Virus record (IMG/VR): IMGVR_UViG_3300044698_000167
Location: 1 to 61,684 of that record
Reading direction: 5' to 3' (one strand)
DNA: 61,684 nucleotides
Source of the DNA: a virus
Taxonomy: Duplodnaviria > Caudoviricetes
Positions 8,600 through 17,223 of the stretch are shown here, in pieces. The translations under genes and the position numbers were made by a program. Under the pieces are notes generated by a model. It saw only the letters and a program-made list of their open reading frames with translations, searched no databases and had not been told where the DNA came from. The stretch's first letter is position 1, and every line of letters starts with the position of its first letter.

Positions 8600-8829
8600 T
8601 GGCCGCAGCCATTCTCGCCGCGGCTGCCGCTGCCGCCGTCCTCGCGTGGGCGGTACAGGCCCGGCTCCTCACCCTCCGCAGCGCCTACAAGCCACGCCGA
8701 TGGCACGCCGCCTTCGGCACAGACCCCGGCGCGCTGTGGCTGCGATGCGGCGGCGCCTGCGCACACCTCACCACCCGTCACGACCCCGCCGGGACCGCCG
8801 CCGCCGCCCACCCCCAGCACATGACCTAA
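8599..8829 (+). CDS. Hypothetical membrane-anchored protein
   Basis: Coupled start; N-terminal hydrophobic stretch. Confidence 0.45.
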   Translation: MAAAILAAAAAAAVLAWAVQARLLTLRSAYKPRRWHAAFGTDPGALWLRCGGACAHLTTRHDPAGTAAAAHPQHMT

Positions 8830-8855
8830 AGGAACACAGACGAGAGGAAGAGATC

Positions 8856-9068
8856 ATGGCGCTGTTCGGATTGTTCGGGAGTACGGCGAGCCTGGTCGGC
8901 CAGTACGACGGACGGGAGTCCGCCACTGCGCGGAACCGGCGCAAGGCGGAATCGAAGGCTGCGGCCGGTCGGCCGGGCCGTCTGGCCGGGCACCGGTCCC
9001 GGGGTATCCGCCGGGCTGCTGACCAGGGGCAGGCATGGGAGGAAGCAGACCGCAAGCGGATCGGCTGA
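8856..9068 (+). CDS. Small basic hypothetical protein
   Basis: RBS gagg; MALFGLFG... Confidence 0.55.
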   Translation: MALFGLFGSTASLVGQYDGRESATARNRRKAESKAAAGRPGRLAGHRSRGIRRAADQGQAWEEADRKRIG

Positions 9069-9119
9069 TCCACCGATCTTCGTCGTACATGCGGCGCAGG
9101 AACGCCACCAGCTCCGCGC

Positions 9120-9620
9120 TCACCGCTGCACCTCCGGGTCGATCAAGTCGGCGCAGCTCGCCGGGATGGTGGCCGCGTCCCACCAATCCCAGGCTGCGCC
9201 CTCACCAGATGCGAGGACGCTACGCAGTCGCTCGGCGAGCTCGTGGGCGTGTTCTCGTAGCAATCTCGCGGTGTTCACGTCGCCGACCAGCCGCACCAGG
9301 GTCGGCTCCAGACCATCTCTCAGCATGTCTCGCCCGATCTCCAACGCCACCGCGGCGCGCAGGTCGCGGATGGTGCGTACGAACTGCTCGGTAGTGTGCG
9401 TGGCCAGATGCTCGCGCAGCGCCTGCTCGGCCTGTCTGACCTCCCGTTGCAGGACCTGCCTGGTGACAGAGCTGATCGCCTCAGACAAGCTCTGGGCGTC
9501 TGTGGATGGGGTGATCCCGGCTGTGATCGGGGGGACCGCTGGTGGCCGATCGTAGTGCCATCCGCATTCGAGGGGGCACAGGTAGCGGAGAGTGCCCGGC
9601 GCCGGGCGGGACGCGCTCAC
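9120..9620 (-). CDS. Hypothetical protein (AHELA...ADLIDP family)
   Basis: CPLECGW; C-terminal motif shared with 9617..9868 and 46325..46523. Confidence 0.65.
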   Translation of the reverse strand: MSASRPAPGTLRYLCPLECGWHYDRPPAVPPITAGITPSTDAQSLSEAISSVTRQVLQREVRQAEQALREHLATHTTEQFVRTIRDLRAAVALEIGRDMLRDGLEPTLVRLVGDVNTARLLREHAHELAERLRSVLASGEGAAWDWWDAATIPASCADLIDPEVQR

Positions 9621-9868
9621 GGGTCCTCCGCTCGGGGGTCGATCAGATCCGCTGCGTCACAAGCGCTCATGTCCGGAACCCATGCCCATGTCCGGTCGGC
9701 GTACCTGATCCGCCCAGCCAGGGCATGGGCATAGTCCTCGATCAGCTTCGCGGCCTCGTCACCGCTGTGCCCGTACATGGCTGCGGCCAGCAGATCCTTG
9801 CGCGCTTCCAGATCCGGGCGCCCGGGGCGTTCCTTGAAGCTGCCCCGTGGCTCCGACTTCCGGCTCAT
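9617..9868 (-). CDS. Hypothetical protein (AHALA...ADLIDP family)
   Basis: RBS aaggag; ATGA overlap. Confidence 0.6.
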   Translation of the reverse strand: MSRKSEPRGSFKERPGRPDLEARKDLLAAAMYGHSGDEAAKLIEDYAHALAGRIRYADRTWAWVPDMSACDAADLIDPRAEDP

Positions 9869-10173
9869 GTACTCGTCTCCTTGCTGTTCCGCGGGCGGCC
9901 GGTCAGGTACGCCGCTTGGTTTTCCGGGACGCTCAGCCACGCCAGGCACGCCGGGCACAACCACTGCGACGTCGTCCGGGTCTGATGCCACCCCGCCGTG
10001 TCAGCGGCACGCTGGGCTGCCTGCACCGTAGGCCAGTTCCCGGCCCGCTCGGCCGTCGGCGCGGCGATCAGGTCTTCGGCCGGTAGATCCGTGCCGGGCG
10101 TGTAGGTGTCGGGCAGGGCCAGCCATTCGCGGCCGGGCCCGTCGCAGTGGACGCGGTACACGGGATGGATCAT
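9865..10173 (-). CDS. Hypothetical zinc-binding protein
   Basis: HCDGP...GW...WLCPAC. Confidence 0.6.
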   Translation of the reverse strand: MIHPVYRVHCDGPGREWLALPDTYTPGTDLPAEDLIAAPTAERAGNWPTVQAAQRAADTAGWHQTRTTSQWLCPACLAWLSVPENQAAYLTGRPRNSKETST

Positions 10174-10400
10174 GCGGACCCCTCACGCTTCTTCTTGTCG
10201 GCAAGCACGAGCTGCCGGATGTGTTCTCGGGTGTAGCCAGTGGCTCGCGTGATGTCGACCTGACGGACGCCATCGGCGATGTCTTCGAGGATTGCTGCGT
10301 AGACCTGTTGACGGGCCTTGTCTTCGGCGCCCTTGGCCTTCTGATGCGCGGTGACGGCCTTCTTGAGGCGGTCTGAAGGTTCCTTACTCACGGCTCCCAT
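10170..10400 (-). CDS. Small HTH DNA-binding protein
   Basis: GVRQVDITRATGYTREHIRQL helix-turn-helix; divergent from the WYL gene. Confidence 0.7.
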   Translation of the reverse strand: MGAVSKEPSDRLKKAVTAHQKAKGAEDKARQQVYAAILEDIADGVRQVDITRATGYTREHIRQLVLADKKKREGSA

Positions 10401-10412
10401 CTTGGCACATGA

Positions 10413-10457
10413 GCTATGCCCAGTCCACTTGACACGCCAAGCCGGTGGGCATAGCGT
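10413..10457 (+). promoter_or_regulatory. Housekeeping-sigma promoter overlapped by a 10-bp inverted repeat (operator)
   Basis: TTGACA 10429-10434, 17 nt, TAGCGT 10452-10457; gctatgccca 10413-10422 / tgggcatagc 10446-10455. Confidence 0.7.
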
Positions 10458-10493
10458 GGTTTGCGTAAGGAAGAGCGCACCTAGGAGGCAGCG

Positions 10494-10958
10494 ATGAGGA
10501 TCACCGCAAAGCAGACCACCACCCGCACCCTCACCGACCTCTACCGCGCCCTCGACCGCAGCCAGCCCGTCACGATCACCTACCTGAAAGAGGAGACCCG
10601 CGAGGTCTTCGCCGTGAACAGCAAAGGCACCGCCGTCCGCCGCACCATCCGCACCGGCCGGCTCATCGAGACGATCCGCACGATCGAGACGATCGAGATC
10701 ACCACCACCAAGGCCGGAGCCATCATCATCCGCGCCATGGACCGCCAGTCCGGCGAAGCCCGCACCTTTCGGGCAGATCGCATCAAGGCGTATACGCGGC
10801 ATACCGGCGCCACCTACCAGGTCGAGCGCACCACCGACGACACCACCTCGACCGCGGCCACCACCACCCCGCTGATCCCGCGGAGCACCGCGCAGGTCAT
10901 CGCCCGCGAGCTGGGCCGCGACTACCTGCCGACCCACCGCTACGCACCCGCCGCCTGA
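10494..10958 (+). CDS. Stand-alone WYL-domain protein
   Basis: ALDRSQPVTITY...RTIE...IRAMDRQSGEARTFRADRI matches the WYL signature. Confidence 0.75.
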   Translation: MRITAKQTTTRTLTDLYRALDRSQPVTITYLKEETREVFAVNSKGTAVRRTIRTGRLIETIRTIETIEITTTKAGAIIIRAMDRQSGEARTFRADRIKAYTRHTGATYQVERTTDDTTSTAATTTPLIPRSTAQVIARELGRDYLPTHRYAPAA

Positions 10959-10972
10959 GAAGGAGCCCCGCC

Positions 10973-11185
10973 ATGCTCAACCCGATGACCCGCTGGGAGC
11001 CCGGCACCCCCGTCCGCTACCACGGCTCCATCACCAACCTGCACGGCGCCTACACCGCACACCCCTGCACCTGCCTGCGCTGCACCGACAACCACGACCT
11101 GCCCGGTGTGCGCTTCGCCCTGAAGGACACCAGCGGCAACACCGCCGTGGCCTGCGTACGCCCCCGCTCCGTCACCCCCGCCTGA
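10973..11185 (+). CDS. Hypothetical protein
   Basis: RBS aaggag; CTCLRC. Confidence 0.6.
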   Translation: MLNPMTRWEPGTPVRYHGSITNLHGAYTAHPCTCLRCTDNHDLPGVRFALKDTSGNTAVACVRPRSVTPA

Positions 11186-11196
11186 AGGAGAACCCC

Positions 11197-11496
11197 ATGG
11201 ACACCACCCCCACCCAGCCCATGACCGCCGAGCGCCTCGCCACTATCGAAACCGCCGCGAACAGCCCCGCCGGACTCTCCGACCAGGACATCCGAGACCT
11301 CCTCGCCGAGACCAGGCGCGCCCGCGCCGCAGCCGACGAGCAGCACACGGAGGCCGACTACTGGTGTGAGGGCTACCGCCTCGCCAAGGGCCTCAGCTAC
11401 GGCGAGATCGGCGCCGTCATCGCCGTCCGCGACGCATCCAAGGCCCACTCCCGGCTCTGCCGGTTCCCGCACGAGGCATGCGACTGCGATGCCTGA
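11197..11496 (+). CDS. Hypothetical protein
   Basis: RBS aaggag; high GC3. Confidence 0.6.
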   Translation: MDTTPTQPMTAERLATIETAANSPAGLSDQDIRDLLAETRRARAAADEQHTEADYWCEGYRLAKGLSYGEIGAVIAVRDASKAHSRLCRFPHEACDCDA

Positions 11497-11595
11497 CACC
11501 GCGCACGCCCGGCACATCGCCTTCCACGACCCGGCCGCGGCACGAAGGCCGGGCCCTGTGGTTTAATCAATGTAAGATCGACCGACGGAGGAACG

Positions 11596-11769
11596 ATGGA
11601 ACAGACCCACCAGATCCGCAGCGACGACATGAACGTAGTTCTGACACAGGCCCCGGATGGCGGCCTGGTCATGGCCTTGCAGCAAGACGGGCGGTCCCGC
11701 CCCATGGTCATGTGGATCACCGCAGACCAGAGGGCCGGGCTGCTCGCGTGGCTGGGGCAGGTCAGCTGA
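11596..11769 (+). CDS. Small hypothetical protein
   Basis: Preceded by tgtggtttaatcaat and gacggaggaacgATG. Confidence 0.6.
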   Translation: MEQTHQIRSDDMNVVLTQAPDGGLVMALQQDGRSRPMVMWITADQRAGLLAWLGQVS

Positions 11770-11957
11770 TGCCCGACATCCGCTTGAAGATCACCGTCCA
11801 CGGTGAGGACCAGATCACCGTCGACGCCGACGCGTGGAAGGCCGCGCAGGAGGCCGGTGAGGAGGCCGAGTTCCTCGGCGGCTGCGACGTGCGGCGTAAG
11901 GCCGCGTACACGGTCACCGAACTGGACGCGGACGACACGACGGAGGACCGGACATGA
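11769..11957 (+). CDS. Small hypothetical protein
   Basis: TGATG coupling; MPDIRLKITV. Confidence 0.55.
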   Translation: MPDIRLKITVHGEDQITVDADAWKAAQEAGEEAEFLGGCDVRRKAAYTVTELDADDTTEDRT

Positions 11958-12142
11958 CCGACGGCTTCGAAAGAGCACTCCGGCGCGAGCTCAAGGCAGC
12001 CGAAGCAGACCTCCACGAGACGCTGAACAGTTCCGACAGCCCGGCCTACGAGCCTGCTGACCTGGCACGCATCGCCGACAGCGCCGTCCTCGATGCTCAC
12101 CTCCGCGCCAGCGAGGGGGCCGGTCTGGGACCGGCCGACTGA
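11954..12142 (+). CDS. Small hypothetical protein
   Basis: RBS ggagg; ATGA overlap. Confidence 0.55.
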   Translation: MTDGFERALRRELKAAEADLHETLNSSDSPAYEPADLARIADSAVLDAHLRASEGAGLGPAD

Positions 12143-12567
12143 TGGACCTGGTCAGCCGGGAGACGCCCAGCTTGGCCGGTCTCCTGTTCCCCAGGCGCCC
12201 GCTCTGGCAGGACCGGGCTGCGTGCACCGGGAGCAACGACCCGGTGTTCTTCCCCGATGGTGAGTCACCGGAAACGGCTGCCGACGCGGAAGAGCTGTAC
12301 TGCCGGAAGTGCCGGGTCAGGGTCGAGTGCCTGGGGTCCGCCCTGAGGAACCGGGACCATGGCGTGTGGGCCGGGACCACCACAGACCAGCGCAGGATGC
12401 TGATCCGGGCCAGGAGCCGGGTCAAGTGCCCGGGGTGCAGGTGCAGCAAGTTGATCTCTGTGGACGTCTACGATCTCTGCACCGCGTGTGGCATGTCGTG
12501 GCGGACCGGACGCAAGACCAGGGAGCAGCACGATGAAGCCGACGGAGGAACCGGTGTATGTAACTGA
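12142..12567 (+). CDS. WhiB-family Fe-S transcription regulator with C-terminal Zn ribbon
   Basis: WQDRAAC...FFP...CRKCRVRVECL...GVWAG; then CPGC...CTACG. Confidence 0.9.
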   Translation: MDLVSRETPSLAGLLFPRRPLWQDRAACTGSNDPVFFPDGESPETAADAEELYCRKCRVRVECLGSALRNRDHGVWAGTTTDQRRMLIRARSRVKCPGCRCSKLISVDVYDLCTACGMSWRTGRKTREQHDEADGGTGVCN

Positions 12568-12976
12568 GCAGCTGGGTGAAGACGAAGATGACGGAACGAT
12601 GCCTGAAAACGTACGCGCTCTGGGGGAGGCGGTTATCGGTCACCGGATCGTCAGCGTGGAGAAGGGGGTTCAGGTCCCCGGCCAGTACTGCTGCATCACC
12701 CAGGGGGCGGTCATCACCCTGGACACGGGCCGGAAAGTCCAGTTCGCCGACACAGACGACTGCTGCGCCTATACGGAGCTGAAGACCTTCCTGCTCCACG
12801 CCGACCGGATCGACCACGTGATCACGGGGGTGGGAACCACAGGGGGATACTCCGAGTGGCACATTTACGCCGACATGGGTGACGTACTGGAGCTCTCCGT
12901 TGGCTGGTCCTGCGGCAATCCTTTCTATTACGGATACGGGTTCCACATCACTGTGCTTGACCCGGCTCAGTCCTAG
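12533..12976 (+). CDS. Conserved actinophage hypothetical protein
   Basis: VIGHRIVSVE...DDCCAYTEL...NPFYYGYGF; alternative GTG start at 12554 after gacggaggaa. Confidence 0.7.
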   Translation: MKPTEEPVYVTEQLGEDEDDGTMPENVRALGEAVIGHRIVSVEKGVQVPGQYCCITQGAVITLDTGRKVQFADTDDCCAYTELKTFLLHADRIDHVITGVGTTGGYSEWHIYADMGDVLELSVGWSCGNPFYYGYGFHITVLDPAQS

Positions 12977-14052
12977 ACCACGGACACCGGAGCAGCCCTG
13001 TCCCCCCGTTGGAGGGACAGGGCTTTCCCCCATGCCTCCCACCACCGGTGCGAGTGGTCGTCCAGCCGCTGCGTCGCAGCAACGGCCCTGCCCGCCTCAC
13101 TCAGCTCCAGGCGCAGGGGCTCCGACTCCCGAAGGCGCTTCAGCTCCCGGTACCAGGTGCGCGGCCTGTCTGCCAGAATCCCTGCGCCCAGCCTGTGCAG
13201 CCGGGCGTACTCAGCCCGGGGGGAAGCCACCCACGGGACACCCGCGGCACACATCTCCAGCGGCTTGAGGCGGCTCTTCGATCTATTGAATTTGGTGTCC
13301 GCCAGGGGGGCGATCCCCACCCCGATGTCAGCCACCGCGCGCGGCCATTGACCGATCGGGACGGGGAATCCCGGCGGGTCCGCGGACAGGCCGAAGGCCG
13401 ACCCTGCTCCGGACGGGTCGCCCCGGATGATGAACTCCGCCCCCTCGGACACCAGCCGGGCCACAGCCCCGCCCACCGTGTCCGGATCATTGGGGTGGGA
13501 GTGGTACGCAGCAGGCCAGCCGAGGACGTCCGAGTCGGTGTGCGGAATGTCGTCATATGCGGCGGGCAAGTAGTTGTCCAGGACGACCCCCCTCCCGTGC
13601 GACGCGTACACGGGGAGCAGTGCGGCGGTGGACACGGTGACCAGGGTGGCTTCCCTGCACGCTGCGGACAGGTTCCGCCAGGAGTTCATGGACACGGTCC
13701 CGCCGGGCAGTCTCCGCCCCTCGCTGCGGGGGTGCAGCCCGGCCCACGCCGGATTGGACGGGTGGATGGACGTCAGGTCATCGTCGACGTCCACGACCAC
13801 GGCCACGCCCTGCCGACGCAGGACGGAGACCGCCTGGGCCAGACGGCTGTGGGTGACCCGCTGGAAAACCACCACGTCCGCATCTGTCTCGACCCGAACG
13901 ACCTCCTCGTCTTTCATGTGGACGCGGACGCTGCGGTCCCCCGCCCGTATCACGGTCACGTCGTGACCGGCCCGTTGCAGCGACTCGCCCGGCCAGATCA
14001 TCCGGAACGATCCACACCCCCATGAATCCGCCGGGTACAGTACAACCTTCAC
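12973..14052 (-). CDS. Glycosyltransferase (GT-B/GT4-like)
   Basis: GCGSFRM...VVVFQR...VDVDDD...DIGVGIAPLADTKFNRSKSRLKPLE...GVPWVAS. Confidence 0.85.
   Translation of the reverse strand: MKVVLYPADSWGCGSFRMIWPGESLQRAGHDVTVIRAGDRSVRVHMKDEEVVRVETDADVVVFQRVTHSRLAQAVSVLRRQGVAVVVDVDDDLTSIHPSNPAWAGLHPRSEGRRLPGGTVSMNSWRNLSAACREATLVTVSTAALLPVYASHGRGVVLDNYLPAAYDDIPHTDSDVLGWPAAYHSHPNDPDTVGGAVARLVSEGAEFIIRGDPSGAGSAFGLSADPPGFPVPIGQWPRAVADIGVGIAPLADTKFNRSKSRLKPLEMCAAGVPWVASPRAEYARLHRLGAGILADRPRTWYRELKRLRESEPLRLELSEAGRAVAATQRLDDHSHRWWEAWGKALSLQRGDRAAPVSVV
12994..13026 (+). terminator. Terminator at the convergence of operons
   Basis: agccctgtccc / gggacagggct followed by tt. Confidence 0.55.
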
Positions 14053-14285
14053 GAATCGGATGCCTTGCGGACCCGTGCCCGGGACGCGGGCTGCTCCAGC
14101 GTGGCCAGCTGCTGCTCCAGCGCAGACACCTTCGTGACCAGCCTGTGCAGCTCTGCGTGCAGCTCGTCCAGACGGCCGCTCCAGTCCGGCCCCTCCCTGA
14201 CATCGCCCGGTGTCAGCTCTACCGCCCCCAGCACGCGGCCTACTTCTTCACGCACCAGGTACACGATCCGGTCATCGATCGCCAT
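14049..14285 (-). CDS. Hypothetical coiled-coil protein
   Basis: RBS ggag; MAIDDRIVYLVREEV. Confidence 0.6.
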   Translation of the reverse strand: MAIDDRIVYLVREEVGRVLGAVELTPGDVREGPDWSGRLDELHAELHRLVTKVSALEQQLATLEQPASRARVRKASDS

Positions 14286-14329
14286 GATCTTCTCTCCACT
14301 CTGTGGGGTCAGCAGGATAGGTACGCATG

Positions 14330-15079
14330 TCAGGTTCCGATCTTCTTGCGGAGGGCCGCGATCTGCGTGCTGAGGACCACGCTGGCTTTCTCGACCGCGG
14401 TCAGCAGCTCCTTCACCGTCGGCCCCGCCGGAGCAGGGGCTGGTGCGGGCGGTGTGAGTGTCCATCCGGCGGCGTGCTTGAGCCGCTCGGCGACCCGGCG
14501 GCGCACATCGCCCATCGAGATGCCCGGCCCGCGGGGGTCGATCTTCCCCGGCTGCCACTCCGCATGCCCGATGACGGAGGTGTCCCCGCCGGTGCCCCAG
14601 TGGTGCGCGCGCAGTACCGCGGCCGATGCGCGGACGATCGCCTCCACCTGCACGGCAGGCCAGGGGTCTTTGCCGTCTCCGAGGTTGACGCACTCGAAGC
14701 CGTAGAAGCGGGCGTTGCCGTCGGTGTTGGCTTCGTTGTCCGCGGGCAGCGGGTCCTCGGCGATGACGGCGCGCAGTACGTCGTCGTCGCCCAGTCCGGC
14801 GTGGTTGGTGCGGCCGTAGCCGATGAGGTGCACGGTGCCGGTCTTGTCGATGACGCCGTGGCACAGCGGGCCGGGCAGGCTGGTGTAGCCGTCGCGGCAG
14901 ATCCGCACACTGGTGGCGGTTCCGGTGGTGACGGTGTGGTGGATCATCACCCCGTGGACCGGGCCCCACGAGCCCTTGTGATTCCGGTTGTGGGTGCGCC
15001 AGTCGCCGACCTCGACGACACGCACCCCCTCGGCACGCAGCGCGGCCAGGAATACGGACGCAGTGAGCGGAGTAGCCAT
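14330..15079 (-). CDS. Endolysin, N-acetylmuramoyl-L-alanine amidase
   Basis: GVMIHHT...LPGPLCH...RTNHAG...YGFEC...VIGHAEWQPGKIDP. Confidence 0.92.
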   Translation of the reverse strand: MATPLTASVFLAALRAEGVRVVEVGDWRTHNRNHKGSWGPVHGVMIHHTVTTGTATSVRICRDGYTSLPGPLCHGVIDKTGTVHLIGYGRTNHAGLGDDDVLRAVIAEDPLPADNEANTDGNARFYGFECVNLGDGKDPWPAVQVEAIVRASAAVLRAHHWGTGGDTSVIGHAEWQPGKIDPRGPGISMGDVRRRVAERLKHAAGWTLTPPAPAPAPAGPTVKELLTAVEKASVVLSTQIAALRKKIGT

Positions 15080-15348
15080 CAGACACGCTCCCAGTCATCT
15101 GCGAGCGCGTCGGTCTGGCTGATGACCCACGGGACGAAATCGTCGTCTACCGTTTTCATCATCAGATAGGGCCGGAAGCGGCACACGGTCCCCTGGGGGA
15201 TGCCCGTCGCATCCGCGGTGTTGGCATTGATCGGGATGCCGTCGGGGTAGCCACGCTGGTGGACGACGAACATGCCCCTGCCATTCCAGCCTGTGCGGGT
15301 GACGCGGTGACCGTTCTTGAGCGCATGCAGCGCATCGCCGAAATCCAC
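15079..15348 (-). CDS. DUF2829 / Tad2-like anti-Thoeris sponge protein
   Basis: MDFGDALHALKNGHRVTRTGWNGRGMFV...PW..SQTDALADDW. Confidence 0.85.
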   Translation of the reverse strand: MDFGDALHALKNGHRVTRTGWNGRGMFVVHQRGYPDGIPINANTADATGIPQGTVCRFRPYLMMKTVDDDFVPWVISQTDALADDWERV

Positions 15349-15372
15349 GGCGGCTCCTTCAATCAGTGTGTA

Positions 15373-15909
15373 TCAGGCCACTTGGTAGAGCGTCAGGCGG
15401 GGCCCAGCGATGGCTTGCACGGTAGCTGTGGCCTGGAAAACGGTAGTGGTTATCACGTTGGTGGACAGCAGGTTCGGTAGCAGGGCACTTACCACCAGCA
15501 GCGGAGATGCAGGGGCATCCCCCAGGTGCCGGACAGACGCGAAGTCATTTCCGTCAACCCGGATCAGTGCGCGTATGTCTGCTGTGACATCGGGCAGCTT
15601 GGCAAGGAAATGGGCGAAGTAGGTCCCGTCCGTGGTGACGCTGAACGCGTCCGGGGACGTAGCGAGATCAGCGATGTCGTCGTTGTCGTAGTTCACGGTG
15701 GAATAGACCATAGCTGTTTCTATGCTCGGGCTGATCACATTGTCTGCGGCCTCCCCGACGACCACCATAAGGGGCGGTGGGGAGACGATGGCAAGGAGGC
15801 TCGTAATATCCGTGTCAACAGCTTCCGCCAGGTCCTGCATCGCCTGGGGGAAGTCAGCGGGGTCGGTCGGATCCGGGTACGGGTAATTGCGGTTCGCTGT
15901 GGTTCCCAT
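15373..15909 (-). CDS. Minor tail protein
   Basis: TANRNYPYP N-terminus; paralog of neighbouring tail genes. Confidence 0.7.
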   Translation of the reverse strand: MGTTANRNYPYPDPTDPADFPQAMQDLAEAVDTDITSLLAIVSPPPLMVVVGEAADNVISPSIETAMVYSTVNYDNDDIADLATSPDAFSVTTDGTYFAHFLAKLPDVTADIRALIRVDGNDFASVRHLGDAPASPLLVVSALLPNLLSTNVITTTVFQATATVQAIAGPRLTLYQVA

Positions 15910-15919
15910 GACGCTCCGT

Positions 15920-16492
15920 TCAGAATTTCTGTACCCGGAATGCCTGGGCCTGCCGGGTGAGCAAATTCAGCGCTGCGGTCGAGTTCTGATACGCCTGGAA
16001 CGTCATGAACTGACCGGCCACATAGGCAGGGACCACGGCTGTGATGAACGGTGTCGCGAGTACAGACACCGTGCCGAGCTGGGCGTTACGGGCCACGACG
16101 CCCAGGGAAGAATGCGTGAATGTGACCTGCCGGACCCCGCCACCGGACGCTGTGGCCCCGAACGAGACACGCAGGGCCACCAGGTAGATGCCCGTGCTGG
16201 TAAAAGTGATCCGATCAGTGGTGATCGTGTTATCTACCATGGCGTCGTTGTCGAATTCCTCAGACCCGGCAGGCCACGTGATCGTAGTGTCCGTCACATT
16301 CGCAATTGACTGCGCCGTGGACGTGGCCATCCGGCAAGCAGGCTTCGCAGCCCCGATCGCCTGGTCGTCATACAGGGTCTGGACAGCTGTGTCTGCCGAA
16401 TCGGCCAGGTCCAGTACGGCGTCAGCGATATCCGCCGGATCGCTCAGTACCTGGTAAACCAGACTCCAAGGGGCGCCCGTATTCGCCGTCAT
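15920..16492 (-). CDS. Minor tail protein
   Basis: beta-rich C1q/TNF-like pattern (EFDNDAM...ITFTSTGIYLV). Confidence 0.7.
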   Translation of the reverse strand: MTANTGAPWSLVYQVLSDPADIADAVLDLADSADTAVQTLYDDQAIGAAKPACRMATSTAQSIANVTDTTITWPAGSEEFDNDAMVDNTITTDRITFTSTGIYLVALRVSFGATASGGGVRQVTFTHSSLGVVARNAQLGTVSVLATPFITAVVPAYVAGQFMTFQAYQNSTAALNLLTRQAQAFRVQKF

Positions 16493-17223
16493 GCGATCCG
16501 CCTCGCGATAATAAAGTCCCATTGCAGCCCGACCCCGGACGCCAGCACAGACCGCAGGCCCACCCTGCCGAACAGCGCAGCGCCTGCGGGGACCGTGGCC
16601 GTACCGGAGACGGACGTGTACGGGGGTGGCTCCGCGACGTTGGTCACGGTCGCGGCCACCACGTCGTCCACGGTGGTGGGCATGAGGTCCGTGTTGTTCG
16701 CGAACGTCAACAGGCGCAAGGTCACGTCACCCGTCGCTGCGCCCACCCCGCCCGCGAATGCACTCAGCGCATACTGCTGCCCGGGTTCGAGTCCGAACGG
16801 GGAGGAGTAGATCACCGTGGTCCGGGCTGACGCGTCCGGCGCGATCTCAAGGACGATGCTGCCCTGCGGGACACCCGCCGCCTCCAGTGTCTGTACCGAC
16901 GCGGTGCCCACTTCGTCGTACAGGAACCAGTCGGTGGGGGTACCGGGCATCTCACCGTCCGCTTCAAAGCCCGGGTTCAGAACCAGGTTAGGGCCGACAC
17001 CCGCCTGTTTGCCGAGCACCACCCAGGAGGCGTCCTGGTTCCCCACTACCACGAGGTCACCGACCACGGGCGCGTAGGAGTCCAGGTAGGCGGCCGTGAT
17101 GGTGGTCCCGCCGACGATGACGTCCAGCGTGGTGGAGGACACCGACGCCACGGTCCCGGTACGGATCTGACCGGGGCGGACCGTCGTAGTGAGCAGCGCC
17201 TGGGCCATCGTGGTGCGGGGCAT
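16489..17223 (-). CDS. Minor tail protein with carbohydrate-binding-like domain
   Basis: YLDSYAPVVGDLV; NLVLNPGFE. Confidence 0.75.
   Translation of the reverse strand: MPRTTMAQALLTTTVRPGQIRTGTVASVSSTTLDVIVGGTTITAAYLDSYAPVVGDLVVVGNQDASWVVLGKQAGVGPNLVLNPGFEADGEMPGTPTDWFLYDEVGTASVQTLEAAGVPQGSIVLEIAPDASARTTVIYSSPFGLEPGQQYALSAFAGGVGAATGDVTLRLLTFANNTDLMPTTVDDVVAATVTNVAEPPPYTSVSGTATVPAGAALFGRVGLRSVLASGVGLQWDFIIARRIA

Noticed and set aside
14063-14075. 13-nt match (ccttgcggacccg) between spacer 2 and the genome, suggesting self-targeting
   Set aside because: Short, GC-rich and with non-matching flanks, so plausible by chance. I saw no full-length self match by eye, but this was not an exhaustive search.
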